Assembly: GCF_009914755.1 (NCBI RefSeq)
Contig: NC_060925.1
Reading direction: 5' to 3' (one strand)
From: the human T2T-CHM13v2.0 reference genome, Homo sapiens
Length of the DNA: 64,000 nucleotides
The notes beneath the pieces were generated by a model that saw only the letters and a list, made by a program, of their open reading frames with translations, made no database searches and was not told where the DNA came from. The first letter of the stretch is position 1; each line of letters opens with the position of its first letter. The position numbers and the translations under genes are program-made. Shown here piece by piece: positions 48,583 to 61,989 of this stretch.

Positions 48583-48602
48583 AAGATTTCTTTTTTGGAA
48601 GG

Positions 48603-48903
48603 TTTTTTTGTTTGTTTTTTTAGATAGAGTCTCACTCTATCACCCCGGCTGGGGTGCAGTGGCACAATCTTGACTCACTGCAACCTCCGCCTCCTGGGTT
48701 CAAGTGATTCTCCTGCCCTCAGCCTCCTGAGTAGCTGGGATTACAGGTATGCGCCACCATGCCCAGCTAATTTTTGTATTTTTAGTAGAGATGGGATTTC
48801 ACCATGTTAACCAGGCTAGTCTCAAACTCCTGACCTCAGGTGATCTGCCCACCTCAGCCTTCCAAAGTGTTGGTATTACAGGCGTGAGCCACCATGCCTG
48901 GCC
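48603..48903 (-). mobile_element. Alu (AluSx-like)
   Basis: TSD TTTTGGAAGGTTTTT. Confidence 0.92.
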
Positions 48904-51698
48904 ATTTTGGAAGGTTTTTAATAATGATTCAATTTATTTAATACTTACAACACTATTTAGGTTATCTGTTTCATTTTGGGTGAATTTTGGTAGTGTATGG
49001 TTTTTGAGGAATTGATCTGTTTTATCTAAGCTGTCAAATGTATGCACATGGAGTTGTTTGTAGTTTTCTCAGTATCCTTGAATGTCTGCAATGTCTGTAG
49101 TTCTTCCCTATTTCATTTTTATTTTTGGTAATTTGTGTCTTTTCTTTTTTCTCTGTCAGTCTTGCTTGAGTTTTTTTGTTTGTTTTTTTTAAATCAATTA
49201 TATTACTCTTTCTAAAGAGCCATCTTTTGATTTCACTGATTATTAGGGGGTTTTTTTGGTTTGTTTTCAATGTTGGTCATTTCTATTATTTCTAATATTT
49301 GCTTTTGGGTTCATTTTGTTTACATTTTCTATTTTCTTAAAGTGGAAGCTTAGATTAGTGATTTGAGATTTCTCATATAAACATTTTATATCATAAATTC
49401 CCCTGTAAGCACTGTTTTAGCAGTATCCCTCAAATTTTGATAGGTTGTATTTTTATTAATTCAAAATATTTTCTGATTTCCCTTGATATTCCTCTTTGAC
49501 TTATGGATTATATAGAAGTGTGTTGTTTAATTTCCATGTGTTTGGAGAATTTGCTATTATCCTTTCATTATTGATTTCTAATTTTGTTACAGTTTAGGAG
49601 GACATACTTTGCATAATTTCAATTCTTTTAAATTTGGTAAGGCTTATTTTATGACCCAGGATATAGTCTGTCTTGGTACATAGTTCCATGTGCATTTTGA
49701 AAAGGATAAGTATGTATATTCTGGTGGCGTTCCTGAAATTTTCTTTAAAGGTTAATTACATCCACTTGGTTAATTGATGTTCACTTCTTCTATATTCTTG
49801 CTGATTTGCTGTCTACTTATATTCATTTTATTGATTACTAAGAGTTATGTTGAAGTCTCCAGCTATAATTGTATATTTATCTCTTTCTCCTTTCATTTCT
49901 GTCAGTGTTTGATTCATACATCTTGAAGCTCTGTTGTAGGTGCATCCACACTTTCAAAGTAATGATTTTTTTTGATGAATTGACTCTTTTATGAGATGTG
50001 ATATCTCTATCCTTGGTAATTTTGTTTACTTTGATGCTTACTTTGATATTAATAGTTTCATCTTCCTTTTGATTAGTATTTGCATGGTGTATCTTTTTCC
50101 ATCATTTTACTTTTAAACTTCACTTTATATTATGTTTGAAGTGAGTTTCTTGCAGGCAACATATATAGTTGGACATTTAAAAAACTCATTGTGACAGTCC
50201 ATCTTTTAATTGGTATGTTTAGATAGGTCATTTATGTTTAATGTAATGATTGTTATGTTTGGATTTAGATCTACCATTTTGTTATTATTATTATTTTTTT
50301 GCTTTTCCATATGTTTTCTGTTCATTTTCCCTTTTTTTTTTGGGGGGGGAGTATTTTAATATTTTTTGTATTTTAATGTATCAGTTGTATTTTTTCTTGT
50401 ATCTGTTTCTACAGTTATTTTTAATGGTTGCTTCAGGGATTATAATATACATACTTCACTTTAAACAGTCTATTTAGGATTAATATTTTACAATTTTGTA
50501 TAGAACATAGAACCCTTTACACCAAATAGGTCTCTTTCCCTTTCCTCTTAAGCTGTGATTGTCTTATGTTGACATCCACATACATTGAAAACTCCATTAG
50601 ACAAGATTATACTTTTTGCTTTCAGTTGACAAAGATTTTATAGAACTCAAGAAGAATAGTTCATTATATATATATACCCAGATATTTGCTGCTTCTGTTG
50701 ATTTTCCTTCATTCCTGATGAGGTTTTGAGTTTCCTGATTATTATTTCTCAGCTATCCAAAGAAATTCCTTTAACAATTTTTTTAGAGTAGTCTACTGGC
50801 TACAAATTCTCTTAGATTTTCTTTCTCTGAGATTATCTTTATTTCACCTTCATTCCTGAAGGATGTTTTCAATGGATATGTATTCTGGGCTGACAGTTCT
50901 TTTCTTGTTGCACTTTAAAAATTTTGATCTACCTCCATGTCTGGACATTTTGATGAAAATTTCACAGTTGTTAAAATAAGCAATGAGTTGTTTTTCTCTG
51001 GCTACTTTCAAGAGTTAATTTTGTCTTTAGTATTTTACAGTTTGATTATGATCCATCTGGCCTTGGACTTCTTTGGATTTATCTCATTTGGAGTTTACTC
51101 AGCTTCTTGAATATGTAGGTTTATGTCTTTCACCAAATTTGGGATGTTTTTAACTATTATGTCTTAAGATTTTTTATGTACTGCATTCTATTTCTTTTCC
51201 TTTGGGAACTTGGTTGACATGAATGTTAGACTTTTTGCAGTCCCTCAAGTCACTGAGATCCTCCCTCTTCCTCTCCCCATCATTTATTCCTCTGTGGCTT
51301 AGATTGAATAATTTCTGTTGATCTGTCTTCAGGTGTACTCACTCTTTGCTCTGTCATCTCTATTCTGTTTGCTGGACCCATTTGGTGAGTTTTTATTTTA
51401 TTTGTTAAATTTTTCAGTTCTAACTTTTTTATTTAGAACTTTTTTTAATTTAGAATTTATTTTTATTCTTCTTTTGATCGTATATTTTTGTGCCAGAGCA
51501 TTCCTTTCTATTCCTTTCAAGAATATTTGCCCTTCCTTGGTGAAGCATTTTAATGATAGTTTTTGTTACATAATTCCAACATCTGTGTCATCTTGGAGTT
51601 GGCATTTGTTGTCTTCTGCCATGTGTTGAGATTTTCCAGGTTATTTGTATGCCAGGTAATTTTAGATTGTATCTTGGGCATTTTGGATATTATGTTAG

Positions 51699-52067
<369 letters not shown>

Positions 52068-53061
52068 GGTTTAGGCACAATTTCTAACTAACCTTGTGTG
52101 ATTTGTGATTTCAATATTAGTGTTGTTTTCAAAGCCTTTGATATGCTATTCATATATGTCCTATAAGATATGCTATTCAGATATGGCCTACATGTGACCA
52201 GATATGTGTCAGTTGCCTGGACAGCAGTATATTCATAGTTTAATTTTCAGAGTCTGTGGTGTGCTGCTTAGGTTCAGATCCGATTATGCAAGCTTTTCTC
52301 TCTGTGCATTCTCCTTGATAGTTCTCTGAAGTGTCCCTTTTCTGTTCTCTGGTCAGATAACTAGGGCTTTATTTATTCTGCTCTGCGGAGCAATTCCTAT
52401 GACTTTGCTTGTATCCAAAGCTAAGCAGTGGAACAGGAGGGAGGGAGGGGAAGAGAGAGAGACAGAGAGAGACAGCAAGAGAGAGAGCACGAGTGAGCAA
52501 GAGAGTCCGAGAACGAGAGTGAGCATGCAATATGCAGTAGGGGGTCAATTTCACTCTCTGGGGAGTACTACTTCGCTGCTGTAAGAAGAAAGTTTCTCTT
52601 CCTCAGTGTTTTAGGCTCTTCCAGGCCCCTGTTACTACTGTTCTCACTGCCACCACTACCACAGGGTTTCATGGGAGTTTGGGTGCAAGAGAATGGATAA
52701 AAGAAGAAAAGGGGGGGATGTTTCCTCAGTGAATGTTAAGAAATCCCTTTCCTTCTCCTCAAGACAGATTTAGAGGATTTTTGGAACTCTGTCTGCACTG
52801 ATGCCTATATCTTGGTTTTGGGCAGCATTGAGTACAGGCCAGCAGATACTGAAGAGGAAAAATACATGGTAAACTGACTGCTGGTTTGGTGGCACTTTGA
52901 TTCTTGTCTTTTTCTCCAAACCTTAAGAGTCTTCACATAGTTGCTGCATACATTTTGTTTAGGTTTTATGGATGAATTCACTGGGAGAGACAGGTGGAAT
53001 ATACTTACTTCACTTTATTCAGAACCAAAACTTTGCTTGCTTTTTGTTTTGTTTTGTTTTT

Positions 53062-53170
53062 AGCTTAGAACAACACAAATTTATCATCTCATAGTTCTGG
53101 AGGTCAGAAGTCCAAAATGGATCTCACAGAGGTAAAACCAAGGCAGGGCTATGTCCTTCTGGAGTCTCTA
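53062..53170 (-). mobile_element. MLT1 (C/D-like) LTR fragment, probably L1-transduced
   Basis: gcttagaacaacacaaatttatc...gttctggaggtcagaagtccaaaatg; same motif as the MLT1 at 666-726. Confidence 0.8.
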
Positions 53171-53216
53171 TCTGTTCCTTTTTTTTCTTTTTCTGCCATA
53201 CTTTTATTTTACTATG

Positions 53217-53804
53217 TTTTTTTATTTAAATAGCTTTAGGTGTACCAAGTGGGTTTTGGTTTCATGGATGCATTGTATAGTGGTGAAGTTTCAGATTTTA
53301 GTGTTTCCTCACTGAATGTTAAGAAATCCCTGTCACCTGAGTAGTGTGCATTTTACCCAGTGTGTAGTATTTTATCCCTCACCTCCCCCACCTTCCTCTC
53401 TTCTGAGTCTTCGGTGTCCATTATACCATTCTGTATGCCTTTGAGTACCCATAGCTTAGCTTCCACTTACAAGTGAGAACATACAGTATTTGGTTTTCCA
53501 TTCCTGAGTTACTTCACTTAGAATAATGGCCTCCAGTTCCAAACAAGTTGCTGCAAAAAACATTATTTTGTTCTTTCTTATGGCTGAGTAGTATTCCATG
53601 GTGTATATATACCACATTTTCTTTATCCACTCCAGTTGATGGGCACTTAGGTTGCTTCCGTATCTTTGTAGTTGTGCTGCAATTAACATATTTGTATAGG
53701 GGTTTTTTTTTGATATAATGACTTCCTTTGGGTAGATACATAGTAGTGGGATTACTGGATCGAATGGTAGATCTACTTTTCGTTCTTTGAGAAATCTCCA
53801 TACT
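53217..53804 (-). mobile_element. 5'-truncated L1PB-like 3' end
   Basis: catggatgcattgtatagtggtgaag 3'UTR; ORF2 C-terminus (ORF 53456-53689). Confidence 0.88.
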
Positions 53805-54789
53805 AAAACTTTGCTTGATTTTTAATAGGACATTTAAAAAACTATCCGCTGTATTCCTAAACAAGCAAAAACCAAACAGATGAGCAAAAAATCATTACCT
53901 TGCTAGAACTCAGCCATTCATTAATACATCCCCTTGGGTAATCTTCATAAACCTTTGAAAGATCTTTTTTGGGGGTTGGGGACCTGAGTACAGGAATTAC
54001 TTAAAAGTTTGTTGTTTTGTATATAAAATGCGCATCTACCTACCTGGCTTTAAAATATATTTATTTTGTACAGCACCATTAAAATCCTCTTTGTGATTTT
54101 TATGGTTAATATTTCAAATTGAAATTTAATAATCATTTTTTAATGTCAAATAGTGGTCTTTTGTTCATAATCATTAGTAATTAATACACAATTACTTAAT
54201 ATTTGAAATGGTTAACATATTCCCCCTCTTAACATCTACTTTTTCACAACCATTTAGTGGATTTGACCAAAGAAGCTAAGTGTTATTCAGTTTCATTGAC
54301 TGAATCCTAAAACTTAGACGTAAGTATACATTTTTTAAAAAGAATACTAGTAATCTTAACAATTTAGCTTCATACGGTTATTGTAGTTACCTGTAACTAG
54401 CTTGTATCTTTTATCAGTCTTCACTGGCTTTCAGAAGGTGCTCAGGGCATGAGAAAAAAAGGAAACTGATTTTGAGGCACCTATTGTTTCAAGCCTCTAA
54501 TCCATTTAGTTGCTAATACATTGTTTATTTGTACTTATTTGTCACTAAAAGTTTGCAGAGGAGTCTATTATTTGTTTGTAATTTGCCTTGTTAGATTTTT
54601 AGTGATCTTAAGTACAGAAATTATCCGTTATTTATTTAGTATTTACTATTTCCCACCTAATGGATTCTCAGTGAATAATGATAAGTTGATTGGAATTTAG
54701 ATAGTGAAGATTTTTAAAAATAAGTTAATAGGGAAGGCTTTTTACTATTTAAATATTACATGATACAGAAAAATTAATCTGATTTTAAT

Positions 54790-55055
54790 TGAACTCTACA
54801 AGGTAGAAGCAATGAGACAGCACAGATATCTGTACAGAGTGAACAGAACATATGTACAAAGAAAAATAGAGGCTTTATAGCCATAAAAGCGAAGCAAGCC
54901 AGTCAGTTTCTCAATTGCCATGGCTTTCCAATTCCCATGAAGCATGCCTCTATCAAGGTTTCTGTGGTGGGGACCCCAGCTCACCAACTGAAACCATTAT
55001 GTCTGTGAAACAAACCTTTTATTTAAAGTGATTGTCTGTTCTTTGAAATCAGAAG
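54790..55055 (+). mobile_element. Old MLT1-like LTR remnant
   Basis: gtagaagcaatgagacagc... and terminal aaaccttttatttaaag...tctgttctttgaaatc; highly diverged. Confidence 0.4.
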
Positions 55056-55463
55056 AACAACAACCAAAACAAAACAAAACAAAACAGATTTTCCACTTAA
55101 ACATTTACAAACAAGAAAATCTTATGTGAATCATATTATAAAAGTTTACTATAAATTATATCTTTGATAACCTGGTAGGTACCATACACATTTAGAGTCA
55201 TCCATACCCCAGCTTGAATCACTGTGTTACCATTTACCACCTGTGTGATTTTTGGACAAATCATTGCTAAGTTTTAATTCTCTTGTCTGTGAAACATTTC
55301 TATGGTGTCTAGCCAGTGGTATATTGGAGCTGGCTTATACCAGCTCACAAGAGCCAATTGTTAAATTTTCAGAAATCTTGTCGGCTGATTGTTAAACACA
55401 ACCATTAATAAGAATTATATAAGCTTATAATTAAATAGGTTATATTAAAAGCAAAGTCAATAA

Positions 55464-55836
<373 letters not shown>

Positions 55837-56037
55837 ATTTATGTCTGTTATATCTGTATGGTGAAATACTGTATAAAGATGTGCTGCTTGCATATCTCTT
55901 CCCAACTCTGTATTCAGTGATGTCATATTGGTAGCTTGAAATCTGCAGTGGTAGTATGTATATTACGGAAATTGGCAAATATGCAAATCACAGTTTGATT
56001 TGTTTTATTGACTGTCTAGATTTAAGAAATTAACAAA

Positions 56038-56340
56038 ACTGGACGAGGTGGCTCACGCCTATAATCCCAGCACTTTGGGAGTCCAAGGCAGGAGAATCAC
56101 TTGAGCTCAGGAGTTTGAGACCAGCCTGGGTAATATAGCGAGACCTTGTCTCTACTAAAAATTTTAAAAAATTAGCCAGGCGTGGAGACGCACACCTCTA
56201 GTCCCAGTTACTCAAGAGGCTGAGGTGGGAGGATTGTTTTGAGTCTGAGAGAGTCTGCAGTGAGCTATGACTGCATCACTGCACTCCAGCCTAGGCAACA
56301 CAGCAAGAAGACCCTGTCTAAAAAAATAGAAGAAAAGGAA
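56038..56340 (+). mobile_element. Alu (AluJ)
   Basis: Sense Alu with J diagnostics. Confidence 0.9.
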
Positions 56341-56758
56341 GAAATTGATGTAGAAAATGCCAATGAAGCAGATTAAACTTAAATTTTTTTATGTCTGTTG
56401 CTTATTATTGTGAATAGCACAAAACATTGAGGACATGTTCTAAACTATTGTCTAATTTAGCAGAGAAGTTCCTTATGTCATTAGTGAACAAGTGAAGTTA
56501 TGATATATATCTTTGTTGTTTCACTTTCTTCTTTTTTTAATGTAAACGAAAATATCAGACATTCAGATTGGACCTATACTCATTCATTAGTTGCAACCTT
56601 AGGTTGATTTCTTATGAGTTTTCCAAATCATGAGCATTTTGTAAGATTCACCTGGCTCTATGAAGTTACAAAAAAGAGTATTGTATTTTTATTATAGTTT
56701 GTAAATTATGTGCTGTACATCCTGTATATCAGTAAAATTTATAATAAACACATATACA

Positions 56759-56760
<2 letters not shown>

Positions 56761-56798
<38 letters not shown>
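56761..56798. repeat. (AC)n microsatellite
   Basis: Direct read. Confidence 0.95.
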
Positions 56799-56801
<3 letters not shown>

Positions 56802-57659
56802 GCTGGTGGTTAAACATTTATTAGCATACTACTACATCTAGCACAGAGTAGGCATTCATTAAATACTGCTTTCCCCTTTTCTCCCATTTGACCTTTTCAA
56901 ACATAATCAAAATGTCTGCCATGCTTAACGTAATCAGGGTTGTTGAAAGAAGAGCAACCTTTAACTTCAAGTCTGTTTTATGCTTTAATATTATCACTTT
57001 TCACCAGTATTAAAAACATACCGTAGTTAAAAGGGCAAATGAAGGGTTGAGGGAATATGGTTTTCTTTTGAATTCAATATGCTGGGTCAGATCTAAAAAT
57101 ACCAATACTTCATTATATTTCAAAGAGGGATAGTAGAACCTTGAATAACGATGTTTATTGAATATTGAAAACACTATGAATCATAGCACTTGTCAGTATT
57201 TCCTTGAAGATATTTTTTAAGAAATTGAAGTAATTTAATTTTTGCTTTTAATTTGGAAACTTTTTATTCTTTTTTGTCCTTTTTCTCCTTTCTCATGTTA
57301 ATAAGAAAATGATTTTATAAGAAGCACTGCAACACTGGATACAGTCACAGGCCCATTTTCTTTTTATTTAAAGAAAAGAAAGAGCAGCTTTATTTCTGTA
57401 GTGCATAGCTGATTTTTTTCCAGCTCCCAAAGGGGAAGAACTAATTGCTGATCATTGAAGAAATGGAACATGGAGATCCCTTTCCATGTGGATTTAATAT
57501 GTTACTAATCAGGGAAAAGTAAGCCTTTACACGTTTTTGGTCCTGTTTATTTCCAAAAGAATAGCATGGAGTAATAGTGTTTTCCCCTAACATGTTTGCA
57601 AATATATTAAGGAAGAATTGAATTATGTAGGAAATCATGAGCATTTTGTAGGAAATCCT

Positions 57660-58370
57660 TTGTAGAAAATCAATTGACCATACATGTGTAGGTCTGTTTC
57701 TTGGCTCTCTATCTTATTCCATAGGGTTTATCTTTATGCAGGTGCAACATTTGTCTTCATTACTGTAGCTTTATAGTAAGTCTTGAAATCAAACAATATA
57801 AATTTGATTTTTTTATTTTCAAAATTGTTTGACTATTTTAACTTTTCTTAAATTTCCATATAAATTTTTAAATCTACTTGTCAATTTTTGCAAAACAGTC
57901 TCCTGGGATTTTGATTGTAATTGCACTGAATCTATAGATTATTTTGTAGAAATTGACATATTAACATTGTTGAGTATTCAACAATTCTAGTCCACGAACA
58001 TGATACACTTCTGCATTTATTTAGGTCTTCTTTAGTTTGTCTTAGCAACATTTTTAGTTTTCCATGTAGTTTTAGTTTTCCACATACAGATCTTGCACAT
58101 ATGTTGCTAAATTTATCCTTATTTCATATATTAATGCTGTCATCAATGGTAATGGTTTTAAATTTTATTTTGCAGTCATTTATTGCTAGTTTATAGAAAT
58201 ACAGTTGAGTTTTGGATATTGTCTTTAACCTGAAACCTAGTTAAATTCACTTACTCTAGAAGTGCTTTTGTAGGTTTCTGATAATTTTTTACATAATATG
58301 TTATATTGCCTAGGAAGAAACAGTTTTACAGTTTTCCTTTCCTATCAATATGCCTTATATTTTTTATACT
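57660..58370 (-). mobile_element. Ancient L1M ORF2 fragment
   Basis: tactgtagctttatagtaagtcttgaaatc...tgggattttgattg...ctgaatctatagat. Confidence 0.75.
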
Positions 58371-60154
58371 TTTCAACCCACAAACTACAAGGCATTTTAT
58401 TTATGTATCTTTTGTCTAATCATTAACAACTTTAATTTGAGATCATCATGACCAAATTTTCTTGCCTAATAATAGAGGAATTCTTTGTTACAGTTTTTCT
58501 AATAAAGCCAGTTATTCAAACATGCTTTTTATATCAGTACCTAATAAATAATAGTTGGAATGAATTTATTAGAAAATATGGGTTTCTGATTTTTACAGAA
58601 AATTGAAGTCTCTTTCAAGCTTCTTTGAAGCCATATCTTTTATCTACTACTGTTTAAAAACTTAAGGCAAATATTTTAGCAAGATATTTTACAGTAAACA
58701 CATTTGGTGAGCATTAACATTAGTTTTATAAATAAAATCACAATAAAAGGGAATTCAAACCTACTGATAGCATTTAAAATTTTTGTTTCTTCTTCCATAC
58801 TTGTCACAGTGCATACTTACTGGAAAATCAAATACAGGTCACTGCCTGAAGTAGAATAATTTAAATGAATCAATATTTTAATTTCCAGTGGTAGAACCTC
58901 TCTCTTGTCAAGTAGAAAGAGCAGATGGCAATAATCATTGAAATAAATCTCACAAGCTTGTCTATAATTTTAAGTATGTAAAGGGACAGTGAGCTCATCT
59001 TTCACATAGACTATTGAAAATTGTTTCCATCAAGGAGGAAGGAGAAAGGAAGAATTAATGTCTAAGGGGAATAAACGTGTCGCCCATAAGTCTGGGGATA
59101 TGAACTTGGAAACTTATAATACAAAAAATACCAATATAATGATATCATCATCTATGACACTTAGTAGTGGAAACACAAGAGTGCTAGAAAATGTGAAAGG
59201 AAATAGTATGAGTGAAAATATGATTGAAGCTAAGTAAAAGTTGAATATTTATGGCATGAATTGACACTCACTCACAGGCTGGGATGCTAACCATGGCTGG
59301 CAGAAGATGCAATGGGATGGAAAAGGAATGTTGGCTATAAAAACAGAAGAAATGTGACAAAATAAAGGATAGTTGTTAACTTAGAAAACTACATTTTAAA
59401 AAGGATTATTTATTCTTTTCTTTTTTTGATATTATGTGGTTAAATTAGTTGATTCTCTGGTATAATTTTAGTATGGATGTTAAAATTATGCATATGAAAA
59501 TTTGGATTTGGAAGTTTACCATAAAACTGGACAGTATTGGTATCTCCCTATTTTTATCTGTATCTTTTCTGAGAGCTTTAGCAGTAACAACTTTTTACCA
59601 AAAGTCTTAGCTTATGTGTTTGATTTTCAGCATATGAAACTTCCCTGATTTTTATTTTCTATATGTAAGTCTCCCTACCACGTTTCTTTGGAGATTTTAG
59701 GAATTTTTCCTTTGTTCTTCGGTGGCCATACATCTTGTTTGGGGTGAAGGGACTTGATGAACTATAATTTTAACTAAGGATTATCATGTTTTGATTTAAT
59801 AGATCCCAGAGGAAGAATGCTCTTCCATAGCTGTACCTCTGGAATGTTTTGGTTGTACAGTAAAATTGAACATTTGGTTATTATTTTTAGAAATACAAGA
59901 ATTTCCAAAACACAGATCTTCTGGCCTGTCACTTGTGGCCTATACTCTTTGAAAGTGCTCAAAATAATAAAGGTCAGGTTATTGATAATGATTTTAGATA
60001 ATAGAATTTAAAAATAATTCTGTAATTTTATATTGAAACATTAAGCCTTAGAAGTTGATAGAAGTATTGTGCATTACAGAAGTACCAAGTAGTTAAAAGT
60101 TGCTCTTAATGATTTAAAAAATAAGAGCAGAAGATCGTTTAGCCATACATCATG

Positions 60155-60345
60155 TAGAAAGAACATTGTGTTGGCAGCATGATCTGAATTTGAATCCATA
60201 TTCTGCCCCTTAGTCAACTGTTGGCAATCACTTTGAGCCAACTTTGCTTACTACAAAATGATAATTGCAGTACTCACATTTCAAGATTGTTGTATGCAAG
60301 TTCCTAGCAAAGGACCTAGCATGTCGTAGAAATTCAGCAAATAAT
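60155..60345 (+). mobile_element. MIR
   Basis: gatctgaatttgaatcc...caaaatgataattg. Confidence 0.6.
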
Positions 60346-60402
60346 AAAGTAGAGCAATTGAAAAGTACTTGTTAAGGCAATCATCTTTAAAGAGGCACTG
60401 TG

Positions 60403-60718
<316 letters not shown>

Positions 60719-61576
60719 TTAGTTGCATTACTAATAAATAAGCTGAGGGGAAGACTAATTTTCTCTTTTTTTAGTAGTTTTATAATACTCATTTCAGTTA
60801 CTCAATTATGTGACATATTAACTGTCAGTTTGATATATATCTATATAGTATATTGTATTTTGGCTGAGAGAAGGAAAAGTGTTCTACTTATAGTCCTAGC
60901 ACACTGCTAAACATATATTTGTGTGGTTAACAAATTGGTGAATATGTGTTTTAAATTGCACTTTTACTTTATTTTCACAACTGCTGTTCTTATAGTTGTT
61001 TTATAGTACTATTTCCCACCATTCAAACCTATCTGTCCTGAAACATGTCAATCATTCTTTAGAGCCTTTATATTTTCTGTACCTTCTGCTCTTACATCTT
61101 TGCAAGTCTGACTCCTTATCTTTCAACTCTCAGGTCAAATGCCACCTTCTCCAAGTTTTTCTTTGACTACCGATTCTAAAGTCACTCTCTCGACACTTGT
61201 TCAACTATCATATCACCTAGTTTCATTTTCTTCATTGCCATATGACTATTTGAAAGTGTCTCAATTTATTTAATTACTTAACTTCTGATAGAATGTCAGT
61301 TTCCTAAAAGCAAGATCCTAGTATGTCTTATACTATTATCTATTCTGGCTACTAGGTTCTTTCTCTGTCTCTAATTTATTTGTTGTATTCCTTTTAATTG
61401 ATAGGTATATGAGAACTCATTATACTTTCCCCTCTAGTTTTATATACATGTGAAATTTTCCACAATAAAAAGTTTTTTTATAAAGGATTAAATGGATTTA
61501 TAGTATAGAAAAATATTTAATACAGAATGATATGAAACCCAAGTTTGTCCTGTACTCTTCTCCTTTCTTGTATTTT

Positions 61577-61881
61577 TTGTTTTTATTTTATTTTTTTTGA
61601 GACAGGGTCTCCCTGTATCACCCTGGCTGGAGTATACTGGTGCGATCTCATCTCACTGCATCCTCAACCTCCTGGGCTCAATCAATCCGCCCACCTAGGC
61701 TTCCCGAGTATCTGGGACTGTAGGTGCGCATCACCATGCCCAGCTGCTTTTTGTATTTTTTTGTAGAGACAGGGTTTCGCCATGCTGCCCAGGCTGGTCT
61801 TGAGCTCCTGGGCTCAAGCAATCTGCCTGCCTCAGCCTCCCAAAGTACTGGGATTACAGGTGTGAGCCATCGGGCCCGGCC
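61577..61881 (-). mobile_element. Alu (AluJ)
   Basis: TSD TCCTTTCTTGTATTTT. Confidence 0.92.
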
Positions 61882-61989
61882 TCCTTTCTTGTATTTTAAA
61901 ATATGTGGTGAGAGTAGGTTTTCTCCTTTCTCAAAAAATTTCATGTCTTCCTTTCTTTAAAAAGTCTTTTGTCCCCCTCACTCCCCTGT

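Noticed and set aside
59631-59670. Other AG...GT microexon-like motifs (also ~13488-13518 and ~54258-54319)
   Set aside because: Splice-like motifs only, expected by chance in AT-rich intron sequence; no supporting feature.
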